Positions 40,305 through 49,146 of a DNA stretch of 64,000 bases are shown here, piece by piece. Origin of the DNA: an uncultured Thermoplasmatales archaeon (GTDB taxonomy: Archaea; Thermoplasmatota; E2; UBA202; DSCA01); NCBI GenBank assembly GCA_964514975.1, contig CAZESS010000003.1, positions 61,334 to 125,333 on the forward strand, given 5' to 3'. A program made the translations under genes and the position numbers. The first letter of the stretch is position 1. Each line of letters begins with the position of its first letter. The notes beneath the pieces were generated by a model. The model saw only the letters and a list, made by a program, of their open reading frames with translations, ran no database searches and had not been told where the DNA came from.

Positions 40305-42503
40305 TTAGTCCAGGTAGTGCTCCGGCCCCCATGGCTCGGGTTTCATGCCCTTGCGCTCCCGTATCTTGCGGGTGACCTCGTCCTGCAGGTTTTTCGGCAA
40401 TGGCTCGAAGCCCATGTTTTCGGTGTTCCAGAGCACGCGTCCGCCCGTCGCGGAGCGTATCGCCGATGCGAAGCCGAACATCTCCGCCACCGGTGCCTTG
40501 CCGTCGATGATGGTCATGTCCTCCCGGGTTTTCATGTCCAGGATGGTCGCGCGGCGCTGCTGCAGTTCCTTGCTCACCTCGCCCATAAGGTCGTGCGGGA
40601 CCTCGATATAGACCTTCTGCATCGGTTCAAGGAGCTTGGTGCCGGCGGCGGTCATGGCACCGTAGATGGCGTTCCGCATGGCCGGGATGACCTGTGCCGG
40701 GCCGCGATGGATTGCATCCTCGTGGAGCTTCGCATCCAGCAGGCGAACCTTGACACCCATGACGGGCTCGTTTGCCTGCGGGCCGCCCTTCATGACCTCC
40801 TCGAAGGCGTCCTTGACGAGTTCCCGTATCTCGTAGAGATGCTGGATACCCTTGGAGACGTTGGTCAGGATGTTCTGCCCGGCCAGCATCATGGCACCCT
40901 TGGCCTCGTCCTTGTCCATGCCCTGCTCATGCAGTATCTTGGCCGCCTCCTTGCTGTGCTTCTTGACGTTCTCCGGGACCTCACCCTCCTTGAGCGCCTT
41001 CTGCACTCCTTCCTCGAGGGGTTCAATCTCGACGAACAGCTGATTGTGCTTGTTGGGCGACTTGCCCATGAACTTGGGTGACGCACTGTCAACGGTCTCC
41101 CGGTAGATGACCGTGGGCTCCGACGTCACGATGTCGACCTTGTGGTCATGGATGAGACGGTGCTCGGTGACCTCCAGATGCAGTTCGCCCATGCCGCTCA
41201 TCAGGTATTCGCCGGATTCCTCGTCGATGTTCACCACGATAGACGGGTCGCTTTTCGAGGTGCTCCGCAGGGCCTTCACCAGCTTCGGCAGGTCAGAGGG
41301 ACGCTTGGCCTCCACCTTGACCGTTACCACGGGCTCAGAGATGTGCTTGATCTGCTCGAACGCCTCCATGTCCTCCTCGCTCGTGACGGTCGACCCGGCG
41401 ATGGCGTCGCGCAGGCCCGTGATAGCCACGATGTTTCCGGCCTCGACCTCCTGCACCGGGATGCGGTCGTTGCCCACCATGATGGCCACCTGCTGCGTCC
41501 GGTATTTCTTGGGCATACCGCTGATGTACACCTCCTGGCCATCATGGATGGTGCCGCCGTAGACGCGGCCGAAGGCCACCTCGCCGGCATGGGGATCCAT
41601 GATAATCTTGGTGATCATGATGGCCAACGGTCCGTCGGAATCACATTTAAGCATGGTCTGCCCCACCTTGGACTCCGGGTCCCCTTTCCAGATAACGGGG
41701 ATACGATACTTCTGCGCCACATCCGGATTGGGCAGATGGTCGATGACCATGTCCAACGCTACTTCATGGATGGGCAGCTGCTTGGCCAGCTTTTTCTCCT
41801 CGCCGTTTTTGCAGTACTCGTAGATGTCCTTGAACGTGATACCCGTCTTCTCCATGTAGGGCTTCGAAATCGCCCAGTTGTGCAGCGAGCTGCCAAAGAT
41901 GACGCTGCCGTCCTCCACGCTGACCTTCCAGTTTTCCTCTTCATAAAGCTCGGGCGCCAGTTTCTTGATGCGGTCGTTGACCTCGTTGATGATGTTCACG
42001 AACTGGGCCTGCATCTCGTCGAAATCCATCTTCAGCTCGTTGATGAGCCGGTCGACCTTGTTAACCAGCAGCACCGGCTGCACCTTCTCCCGCAGCGCCT
42101 GTCGCAGCACCGTCTCAGTCTGCGGCATCACGCCCTCCACGGCGCAGACCACCACGATGCCGCCGTCGACGGCACGCATCGCCCGGGTAACGTCGCCGCC
42201 AAAGTCGACATGGCCGGGGGTATCGATCAGGTTTACCAGATACTCGTCGCCTTCAAACTCATGCACCATCGACGCCGACGCGGAATTAATGGTAATGCCG
42301 CGGTCCTGCTCCTGCTCATCGAAATCCAGGGCAAGCTGCTCGCCGGCCAGCTCCTCCGATATCATGCCGCAGCCCGCCAGCAAATTGTCGGAAAACGTCG
42401 TCTTGCCATGGTCGATATGCGCGATAACACCGATGTTCCGTATCCTGTCCAGCTTCCTGCGCAGCCTGTGCGCCTTCTTGACATTTTCTTCCTTACGTCC
42501 CAT
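40305..42503 (-). CDS. fusA: Translation elongation factor aEF-2
   Basis: AHIDHGKTT G1 motif; 732 aa with full-length EF-2/EF-G architecture. Confidence 0.97.
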   Translation of the reverse strand: MGRKEENVKKAHRLRRKLDRIRNIGVIAHIDHGKTTFSDNLLAGCGMISEELAGEQLALDFDEQEQDRGITINSASASMVHEFEGDEYLVNLIDTPGHVDFGGDVTRAMRAVDGGIVVVCAVEGVMPQTETVLRQALREKVQPVLLVNKVDRLINELKMDFDEMQAQFVNIINEVNDRIKKLAPELYEEENWKVSVEDGSVIFGSSLHNWAISKPYMEKTGITFKDIYEYCKNGEEKKLAKQLPIHEVALDMVIDHLPNPDVAQKYRIPVIWKGDPESKVGQTMLKCDSDGPLAIMITKIIMDPHAGEVAFGRVYGGTIHDGQEVYISGMPKKYRTQQVAIMVGNDRIPVQEVEAGNIVAITGLRDAIAGSTVTSEEDMEAFEQIKHISEPVVTVKVEAKRPSDLPKLVKALRSTSKSDPSIVVNIDEESGEYLMSGMGELHLEVTEHRLIHDHKVDIVTSEPTVIYRETVDSASPKFMGKSPNKHNQLFVEIEPLEEGVQKALKEGEVPENVKKHSKEAAKILHEQGMDKDEAKGAMMLAGQNILTNVSKGIQHLYEIRELVKDAFEEVMKGGPQANEPVMGVKVRLLDAKLHEDAIHRGPAQVIPAMRNAIYGAMTAAGTKLLEPMQKVYIEVPHDLMGEVSKELQQRRATILDMKTREDMTIIDGKAPVAEMFGFASAIRSATGGRVLWNTENMGFEPLPKNLQDEVTRKIRERKGMKPEPWGPEHYLD

Positions 42504-42508
42504 TTATC

Positions 42509-43081
42509 TCACCGTGCACTCTTAGCAATCCGTTCTTTTTCCACTTTCTTGTTCACCGCGAACGACGACGGGTCATCGTTCGATGCCTTCATGATCTCGT
42601 CAGCGAGCGCCTCCTCGACGCTCCGCTTGCTTCCCGACGACGTGCTGATGGCACCTTTGCCAAGGTTGCGCAGCGCGATGTCCAGCCGGCGCAATGGAGC
42701 GGTGTCAACGGCCTGCGGCACATAGATGCCGGACAGAAACAGGCGGGTTGCCTCCTCCCGCGGCGCCGAGTTCTCGATGGCTCGCACCAGCACCTGCATC
42801 GGATTCTCGTCGGTCTTTTTGTGAATGATCTCGAATGCGTCCTTGGCCACGGTGATGGCCTTCATCTTCTTGCCCGTGTAGGGGCCCGTCCTCATGAGAT
42901 TGTTGATGAGACGCTCGATGATGGAAAGATTCGCCTTCTTGAACCGGCGGTTCGCGTGCCGGGCATGCTGATGTATCTGCCTCGAATCGAGATTCATGTA
43001 CCGGGCCAGTCCCCTGTCCTCGATGACGATGTCATCCACATCATACTTCCCAAACAAGGGAGGGATTTTTTTCTCAGTCAT
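42509..43081 (-). CDS. rps7: 30S ribosomal protein S7
   Basis: Start at internal ATG 43081 (MTEKKIPPLFGKYD...). The upstream in-frame extension is non-coding. Confidence 0.95.
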   Translation of the reverse strand: MTEKKIPPLFGKYDVDDIVIEDRGLARYMNLDSRQIHQHARHANRRFKKANLSIIERLINNLMRTGPYTGKKMKAITVAKDAFEIIHKKTDENPMQVLVRAIENSAPREEATRLFLSGIYVPQAVDTAPLRRLDIALRNLGKGAISTSSGSKRSVEEALADEIMKASNDDPSSFAVNKKVEKERIAKSAR

Positions 43082-43085
43082 GATA

Positions 43086-43514
43086 TCAGCGCACCGGTTT
43101 CTCCACTTTGCCCCGCACCAGTTCCTTGAGGGACACGTTGTTGACCTTGATAACCTTGAAACGGACGCCGGGGATGTCACCATATGATTTCCCCATCGCA
43201 CCGCCGATACCCTCGATGAGCACCTCGTCGTGCTCGTCGATAAACGTGATCGCCCGGTCACCGGGCACGAACGCCGTCACCATCCGGCCGTTCTTGATGA
43301 GCTGCACCCTGACACATTTCCGGATAGCCGAGTTCGGCTGCTTCGCCTCGATGCCCACCTTCTCGATGACGATGCCGCGTCCCTGCGGAGCGCCCTCAAG
43401 CGGGTCGGTCCGCTTTTTCAGGTTCAGCGCGCGGCGTTTGTACTGCATATCCGACCAGCGGAATTTCTGGCGGTCTCGCTTGAGCTTCCGAGCTGCGTTC
43501 ATTCCTTTGCCCAT
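43086..43514 (-). CDS. rps12: 30S ribosomal protein S12
   Basis: [20 protein letters not shown]... [20 protein letters not shown] lies 5 nt upstream of the ATG. Confidence 0.95.
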   Translation of the reverse strand: MGKGMNAARKLKRDRQKFRWSDMQYKRRALNLKKRTDPLEGAPQGRGIVIEKVGIEAKQPNSAIRKCVRVQLIKNGRMVTAFVPGDRAITFIDEHDEVLIEGIGGAMGKSYGDIPGVRFKVIKVNNVSLKELVRGKVEKPVR

Positions 43515-43647
43515 GATTTCACCAATTTGTTCGCTAATATACTCCTCATATTTAATCATAACGGGTATGATCACGGAGCAGCGCAGGTAGCAATGCACAA
43601 CCCACATTTATAAATTGCTGTCCCCATTTGGTCGACGAGGCAGGACA

Positions 43648-44295
43648 ATGAAACAGTTCACCCTGATGGACGGAGCGATACAGGCCACCGCACATCTTGC
43701 CACGCCCGACAGATGGGTCATCTGCTCCCACGGCCTCTATTCCAGCATGGCCAGCGACAAATATGTCCAGCTGGCCGGGATGGCAAACGAGCGCGGCATA
43801 TCATTGCTCCGGTTCAACCACCGGGGCTGCGGCAATAGCGACGGCGACTTTGCCGAATCAACGTTAACCAGGCGGGTCGAGGACATGCGAGCCGCCATCG
43901 AATGGGTACGGGAGACACATGGCGGGGGCATCGCGCTGTTCGGCTCCTCATTCGGCGGCATGGTCTCCATCCTCGCGGCAGATAGCGACATCCGGACGCT
44001 GGCGCTCATGTCGACGCCGTATAAAATCGAGGGGGACCTGGGGCTTGACGAGGCATTCGTGGAGGACCTGGAACGCTACAATCTGCTCGAGGGCATTGCG
44101 ACGGCGCCGCCGGTGCTCATCATGCACGGCCGCACCGATGGGCTGGTGCCCGTCGAGCACGCCAGAGCGCTGCATGACCATGCACCGGCGGAGAATAAAC
44201 TCGTGCTGTTCGATGCTGACCATCGTTTTTCGGATGGCGAGGTGCGCACGCGGGCGCTCGAGATGGCGCTCGACTGGATTACCGCATATTTTTAG
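43648..44295 (+). CDS. Alpha/beta-hydrolase (dienelactone hydrolase/peptidase S9-like)
   Basis: GSSFGG nucleophile motif and C-terminal HGRTDGLVP and H residues. Confidence 0.7.
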   Translation: MKQFTLMDGAIQATAHLATPDRWVICSHGLYSSMASDKYVQLAGMANERGISLLRFNHRGCGNSDGDFAESTLTRRVEDMRAAIEWVRETHGGGIALFGSSFGGMVSILAADSDIRTLALMSTPYKIEGDLGLDEAFVEDLERYNLLEGIATAPPVLIMHGRTDGLVPVEHARALHDHAPAENKLVLFDADHRFSDGEVRTRALEMALDWITAYF

Positions 44296-44576
44296 GGAAG
44301 ACGGCGTTTTCTGAGGTCGGTGACCGTCCGGCGGTCGAGCATGACGATGGCGTAGTCGATGAGCGTTTTGAGCGATGACGCAAACAGGCCGACGATGAGA
44401 CCGAAGATTTGGCCGCCCATGAGCTGCCATATGATTTCTCCGATGACAGCGGGGAGTATCCAGACGGGGAGCATTATTTTCCAGCGTGGATGCAGATGGA
44501 TTTTCATGCTGGTCCATCTGATGTCAGCCCGCCATACGTTGTATTTTCTGCGCATCGTCCTCCATCGGTTTTTCAT
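44292..44576 (-). CDS. Small membrane protein (about 94 aa)
   Basis: Two TM helices. TTTATATATTT TATA about 25 nt upstream of the ATG at 44576. Confidence 0.45.
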   Translation of the reverse strand: MKNRWRTMRRKYNVWRADIRWTSMKIHLHPRWKIMLPVWILPAVIGEIIWQLMGGQIFGLIVGLFASSLKTLIDYAIVMLDRRTVTDLRKRRLP

Positions 44577-44702
44577 GGACAATGATGTTAAATATATAAA
44601 AAAATTCCGGTTTGTTTGTGCCGCATACCGTGCAGACATCGGGCAAACGGTTGCTATCAAAACGCCGGGTAATTATATGTCCCGATGGCGTGACCAAAAA
44701 AG

Positions 44703-44773
44703 AGGGCGGGGCGGGAGTTGAACCCGCGTATGCGGATCTGCAGTCCGCCACCTCGCCTCTAGGTTACCCGCCC
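44703..44773 (-). tRNA. tRNA-Cys (GCA), CCA not encoded
   Basis: Cloverleaf: GGGCGGG acceptor, ACCT/AGGT D-stem, GCGGA-CTGCAGA-TCCGC anticodon arm (anticodon GCA), GCGGG-TTCAACT-CCCGC T-arm, discriminator T. Followed by CTTTTTTGG. Confidence 0.8.
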
Positions 44774-44896
44774 AGATGGGTCATGCAGGATAACATGGCG
44801 CACCAGTTTTTAACGTTTTGCCGTCCGATGAGCGGCAACCTTTTTTAGCTCCGGGGACATGCCATGTGAATGCCATCGACCGCGAGCGATGCCGAC

Positions 44897-45778
44897 ATGT
44901 CGTCAGTGCCAGCCATCCTGCTGGTATCGCTGCCGCTGATCGGATGGTCGCTTGCATTTCCATTGATAAAAATCGCGCTCGACGAGCTCTCCTGGGTCAA
45001 CCTGACCATCCTCCGCTTCCTGGTGGCGTGCAGCACGCTGCTGGTGCTGCTGGGCCTGCAGCGGCACCGGTTTCCGCTGCCTGGCCGGCAGGAGCTGCCA
45101 GCGCTCTTTTTACTGGGGTTTTTTGGCATCATCGTCTACCATCTCGGCCTCAACTATGGCGAGCAGTATGTGTCGCCGGGGGCGGCCAGCCTCCTCGTGG
45201 CGACCATTCCCGTGTTCGTGGTCATGCTCGCCGTCGTGTTCCTGGACGAGGGCATCACAGGCTGGAAGCTGCTGGGCATCACGCTCTCGCTGGCGGGTGT
45301 CGTCGTGCTCTCGCTGTGGGGCACCGGCACCGCCACGATAGAAATCGACTATGTGGGAGGCGCAATCGCCGTGCTGATTGCCGCCGTGATGGGCGCCTTG
45401 TATACCGTGGCTGGCAAAAAAATGCTGGGGCGGTATTCCCCGCTGTCGCTGACCGTCTACGCCATCCTGCTGGGCAGCCTCGGGTTGCTTCCCGCCGTCA
45501 ATGGCTCGTTGTTCAGGCAACTCGGGCACCTGTCGCTGCAGGCCACCGCCGCGGTGCTCTTCCTCGGGCTGTTTTCCACCATTGTGAGCTACGCGCTCTG
45601 GTACATGGCGCTGCAGCGGCAGTCCGCCTCATCATTAAGCGTCTACCTCTATGTCGTCCCGGTGGTCGCCACCGCCCTGAGCTGGATGCTGTTCGATGAC
45701 GCCATAACGCCGATGTATCTCCTGGGCGGCGTGCTGGTCATCGGGGGCGTCGCCATCGTCAACCGGCAGCGCCGTTGA
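44897..45778 (+). CDS. EamA/DMT-family transporter
   Basis: Ten TM segments with two EamA repeats. Confidence 0.8.
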   Translation: MSSVPAILLVSLPLIGWSLAFPLIKIALDELSWVNLTILRFLVACSTLLVLLGLQRHRFPLPGRQELPALFLLGFFGIIVYHLGLNYGEQYVSPGAASLLVATIPVFVVMLAVVFLDEGITGWKLLGITLSLAGVVVLSLWGTGTATIEIDYVGGAIAVLIAAVMGALYTVAGKKMLGRYSPLSLTVYAILLGSLGLLPAVNGSLFRQLGHLSLQATAAVLFLGLFSTIVSYALWYMALQRQSASSLSVYLYVVPVVATALSWMLFDDAITPMYLLGGVLVIGGVAIVNRQRR

Positions 45779-45781
45779 GAA

Positions 45782-45793
45782 CGTTTATAAAAC
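45782..45793 (+). promoter_or_regulatory. TATA box (CGTTTATAAAAC) for the rSAM-MTase-DUF2064-GT2 operon
   Basis: About 25 nt upstream of the ATG at 45815 (leaderless geometry). Confidence 0.4.
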
Positions 45794-45814
45794 CCGGTGT
45801 GTTGAACGGGCATC

Positions 45815-46864
45815 ATGTGCCCATGTGAGACGGCGGCGCGGGCCGGCCTGCACCCAGATGGTAGGGAGGAAAAAGCATATTTCGATGCCGGACGGGTCTA
45901 CGCTGTCCAGATAGAGCTCAACCTGGCCTGTCCGCAGGGCTGCCTGTACTGCTACGCCTCCGATGCCAATCCACCAGAGGAGGGGATGCCCCAGGAGGAC
46001 GTCGTCGCCGTCTTGGACGCAGCCGTCGACATGGACATTCGGGCGGTAGACTGGCTCGGCGGCGACCCGTTGGTGCGGGACGACTGGTACGAGCTCATGC
46101 GGTATGCGCAGCAGCAGGGACTGGTCAACAACATCTGGACGAGCGGGATGCCGCTGCAGGATGAATTGGTGGCCCGACGGGCGGTCGAGGTCTCCCGCGG
46201 CGGCTTCATCTCGGTGCACCTCGACAGCCTCAACGAAGCGATATATGGACGGCTGCACACGGGTAATCCTGCGGGCAAGATACACGCCATCCTGGCCGGG
46301 GTCGACAACGTGCAGGCAGCCGGCAAAAACCCGGAGCACATGGTAAACTGTATCACCTTTACCAGGGCGGTGGCAGATGATGCAGCCCGCACCATCCGGT
46401 TTTTCCAGGAGGAAAAGGGCATGCGGACCTGTCTCACACAGATGTGCCCGACGGGGCTGGCCGAGGAACGGGACGACCTGGTGCCATCCATGGAGGAGAT
46501 AGAAAACGCGTGCACCGTCCGCGACAGGGTCAACTATCCCGGCTCGAAGCTGTCGATATGCTCCATGGACACCAACAGGTACTACTGCGGCGGCATCATC
46601 TGCGTAACGGTCGACGGCGACGTGACCCCCTGCTCCGTCATCCGGCAGGGCGTCGGCAACATACACGATGCAGCGCTGCGGGATATCGTCGAGCGGCACC
46701 GTGACACGTTGCTGTTCACCGACCTCCGGAACGACAGCGGGCTCCCCAAGGACTGCCGGGATTGCGAGCACAACGTCGTCTGCTGGGGCTGCCGCGCCGC
46801 CGCCTACTACGCGACCGGCGACGTCTGCGGGCCTGACCCCAACTGCTACCGCAGAAAGAGATAA
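45815..46864 (+). CDS. Radical SAM enzyme with Cys-rich (SPASM-like) C-terminal domain
   Basis: CPQGCLYC CX3CX2C motif. C-terminal cysteines CSMDTNRYYCGG...CSVI...CRDCEHNVVCWGC...CGPDPNC. Confidence 0.85.
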   Translation: MCPCETAARAGLHPDGREEKAYFDAGRVYAVQIELNLACPQGCLYCYASDANPPEEGMPQEDVVAVLDAAVDMDIRAVDWLGGDPLVRDDWYELMRYAQQQGLVNNIWTSGMPLQDELVARRAVEVSRGGFISVHLDSLNEAIYGRLHTGNPAGKIHAILAGVDNVQAAGKNPEHMVNCITFTRAVADDAARTIRFFQEEKGMRTCLTQMCPTGLAEERDDLVPSMEEIENACTVRDRVNYPGSKLSICSMDTNRYYCGGIICVTVDGDVTPCSVIRQGVGNIHDAALRDIVERHRDTLLFTDLRNDSGLPKDCRDCEHNVVCWGCRAAAYYATGDVCGPDPNCYRRKR

Positions 46865-46895
46865 GAAGCACAGCCCGATATATCCGGGTGGTTGC

Positions 46896-47708
46896 ATGAA
46901 CGACGGCCAAAAGGAAAAACGGCTTGATTACACCATCGGAGACGTGATCGACATCTACGCCGGCCCGGTCGGCGTGCTGTGGCAGATGCTGATGGGCGAC
47001 CAGATACATGTCGGCGGCGAAGCGGAAACCCTGGCGCTGGCGGAGCGAGCCCGCATAACCGGCGACAGCAGGGTGCTCGACGTGTGCAGCGCGCTCGGTG
47101 CCCCGGCCCGGCAGCTCGCCACCCGGTATGGATGCACCGTGGTCGGGCTCGACGCAACGGAAAAAATGGTTGAGCTGGCTGAACGGGACACCATGACGGC
47201 AGGGCTTTCAGGGCAGGTGTCGTTTCGGCTGGGGAACGCGCTCGACATGCCCTTCAAGCGGGAGAGCTTCACGGTGGTCTGGGGTCAGGATGCCTGGTGC
47301 TATGTGACCGACAAAAAACGGCTGGTCGAGGAAGCATATCGGGTGCTTGTGCCCGGGGGCACCATCGCGTTTACCGACTGGCTGCAGACCGGCGATATGA
47401 CGGCGGAGGAATGGGAGCTGCTCAACGGGTTCATGGCCTTTCCCTACATGGAGACCCCTGACGGCTACGTGGAGCTGCTCCGCCGGGCGGGCTTCGAAAA
47501 CGTCGAGGTGGAGGACACCGGCGAGCTGTTCGCCCGGCACTGCCATCGCTATCTGGACATGCTCCGCACCGAGCTGCGGGATGACATCATCGACGGCTAC
47601 GGCCCTGAGATGTACGAGGCAGCGGAGGACGGGCTCCAGCGATGGACGGCGGCGGCCGACGCGGGCACGGTGGGCCGCGGCATGTTCCTGGGACGCAAGC
47701 CGAGATGA
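46896..47708 (+). CDS. Class I SAM-dependent methyltransferase
   Basis: VLDVCSALGAPA (motif I) and acidic motif II/III pattern. Start at the internal ATG at 46896, after the rSAM stop. Confidence 0.8.
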   Translation: MNDGQKEKRLDYTIGDVIDIYAGPVGVLWQMLMGDQIHVGGEAETLALAERARITGDSRVLDVCSALGAPARQLATRYGCTVVGLDATEKMVELAERDTMTAGLSGQVSFRLGNALDMPFKRESFTVVWGQDAWCYVTDKKRLVEEAYRVLVPGGTIAFTDWLQTGDMTAEEWELLNGFMAFPYMETPDGYVELLRRAGFENVEVEDTGELFARHCHRYLDMLRTELRDDIIDGYGPEMYEAAEDGLQRWTAAADAGTVGRGMFLGRKPR

Positions 47709-47735
47709 CGGGGGCAAGCCTTTTTGTAGCCCGGC

Positions 47736-48434
47736 ATGTTTAAAACCCGGATGGACGGCAGGGGCACGCAGAGCTGCATTCTTCTCTATATCAAATATCC
47801 AGAGCCGGGACGGGTGAAAACCCGGCTGAGCGAGGCGCTGGACGGCGGCGTCGCAGCGGAGCTCTACCGGCATTTCGTCATAGATGTGCTCGCAATGGTA
47901 AAGGACACCGGACACGACGTCATCATATGTTACGCTCCCGCCGGGCGGGAGGAGGACTTCCGGAGATGGCTCGGCCCCCGCCATCGGTATCATCGGCAGC
48001 GGGGCGACACCCTGGGTGAAAAACTGAAGCATGGCTTCGCCGACATCTATGCGGCGGGCTACCGGAGCGCCGTTGCCATTGGCAGCGACAGCCCGGACCT
48101 GCCATCCCGGTATATCGAGATGGCGTTCACCCGGCTTGGGGAACATGACGTGGTCATCGGACCGGCGGTCGACGGCGGCTACTATCTGATAGGCTTCGCC
48201 AGGGATACCTTTGTGCCGGAGGCGTTCGACGGCATCGAATGGAGCACGTCCACCGTGCTGCATGAAACGCTGCGGAATCTCCGGCGGCAGCCCGGAGATG
48301 TTGATGTTCACCTGCTGCCGGCGTGGAAGGATGTGGACACCCTCGACGACCTATGGGCGCTCATATATCGCACCCGGAACAGCGCGTTTGCGTCATCGGC
48401 CACGATGCGCTACATCACCGATCAGATACCATGA
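47736..48434 (+). CDS. DUF2064-family (CofC/MobA-like GT-A fold) putative nucleotidyl/glycosyl transferase
   Basis: N-terminal ILLYIKYPEPGRVKTRL...AELYRHFVIDVL pattern of the DUF2064 (TIGR04282-like) family. Confidence 0.65.
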   Translation: MFKTRMDGRGTQSCILLYIKYPEPGRVKTRLSEALDGGVAAELYRHFVIDVLAMVKDTGHDVIICYAPAGREEDFRRWLGPRHRYHRQRGDTLGEKLKHGFADIYAAGYRSAVAIGSDSPDLPSRYIEMAFTRLGEHDVVIGPAVDGGYYLIGFARDTFVPEAFDGIEWSTSTVLHETLRNLRRQPGDVDVHLLPAWKDVDTLDDLWALIYRTRNSAFASSATMRYITDQIP

Positions 48435-49132
48435 CAGATGAGACATGCATGCATCCAGAGATATCCGTGGTGGTACCGTTCCACGCGAGCGTCGACGGCA
48501 TTGCGGCAATACGGGCCATGATAGATACGGCCAGCGTGCCGACGGAAACCATCTACGTGGTCGACAGCGGGCTGCGGCACGTGATGCCGCGGCCGCGCGA
48601 CCGTGAAACGGTCATCTGGATAGAAAACCGGGGCAGGGGATACAACCTCCGGGAGGGCGCAAAACATGCCCGGGGGGACATCATTGTGTTCCTGCACGCG
48701 GACACCGTGCTTCCATCCGGGTGGGACACGGCGATATGCGATGCCATGGAAGACAGCGATGTGGCCGGCGGCGGGTTTTCCCTTCGATTCGACCATGACA
48801 GCCCGTTTCTCCGGCTGGTGGTGCTGGCGAGCGATCTGCTCATCTATCTCATGGGCCGTTTTTCTGGGGATAGAGCCATGTTCGTCCGCGCTCCCCTGAT
48901 ACAGCGGCATCCCAACGTGCTCGACGTCCCCATCATGGAGGACACCGAGCTCTCCATTTTCATGCAACAGCAGGGGAAAACGGTGCTCCTGCAGAAAACG
49001 GCTGTTACGAGCGCGGCGACCTTCGTCCGGCACGGGTTCCTCCGCAACACGCTACGAATCATCATCTGTTCGCTGTGGTACGCGGTCGGAATGAATCTGC
49101 AGGACATCTACGATTTCTATTACCGCAGGTGA
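48431..49132 (+). CDS. GT2-family glycosyltransferase
   Basis: ISVVVPFH...VVDSG...FLHADTVLP (GT-A, DXD-like) pattern. ATGA overlap with the upstream gene. Confidence 0.8.
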   Translation: MTDETCMHPEISVVVPFHASVDGIAAIRAMIDTASVPTETIYVVDSGLRHVMPRPRDRETVIWIENRGRGYNLREGAKHARGDIIVFLHADTVLPSGWDTAICDAMEDSDVAGGGFSLRFDHDSPFLRLVVLASDLLIYLMGRFSGDRAMFVRAPLIQRHPNVLDVPIMEDTELSIFMQQQGKTVLLQKTAVTSAATFVRHGFLRNTLRIIICSLWYAVGMNLQDIYDFYYRR

Positions 49133-49146
49133 ACGCCGCGGCGGGG

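Noticed and set aside
40245-42725. Long plus-strand ORFs (40245-41081, 41142-42725) opposite EF-2
   Set aside because: Antisense shadows of the EF-2 gene.
45785-46897. 370-aa minus-strand ORF opposite the second radical SAM gene; also 47208-48311(-), 48422-49033(-), 49633-50886(+), 52045-53028(+), 53800-54537(-), 57031-58116(+), 59421-60182(+), 31264-32157(-), 38198-39127(-), 15242-15892(-)
   Set aside because: All are antisense frames of confidently assigned genes, with Arg/Gly/His-rich or otherwise non-protein-like composition.
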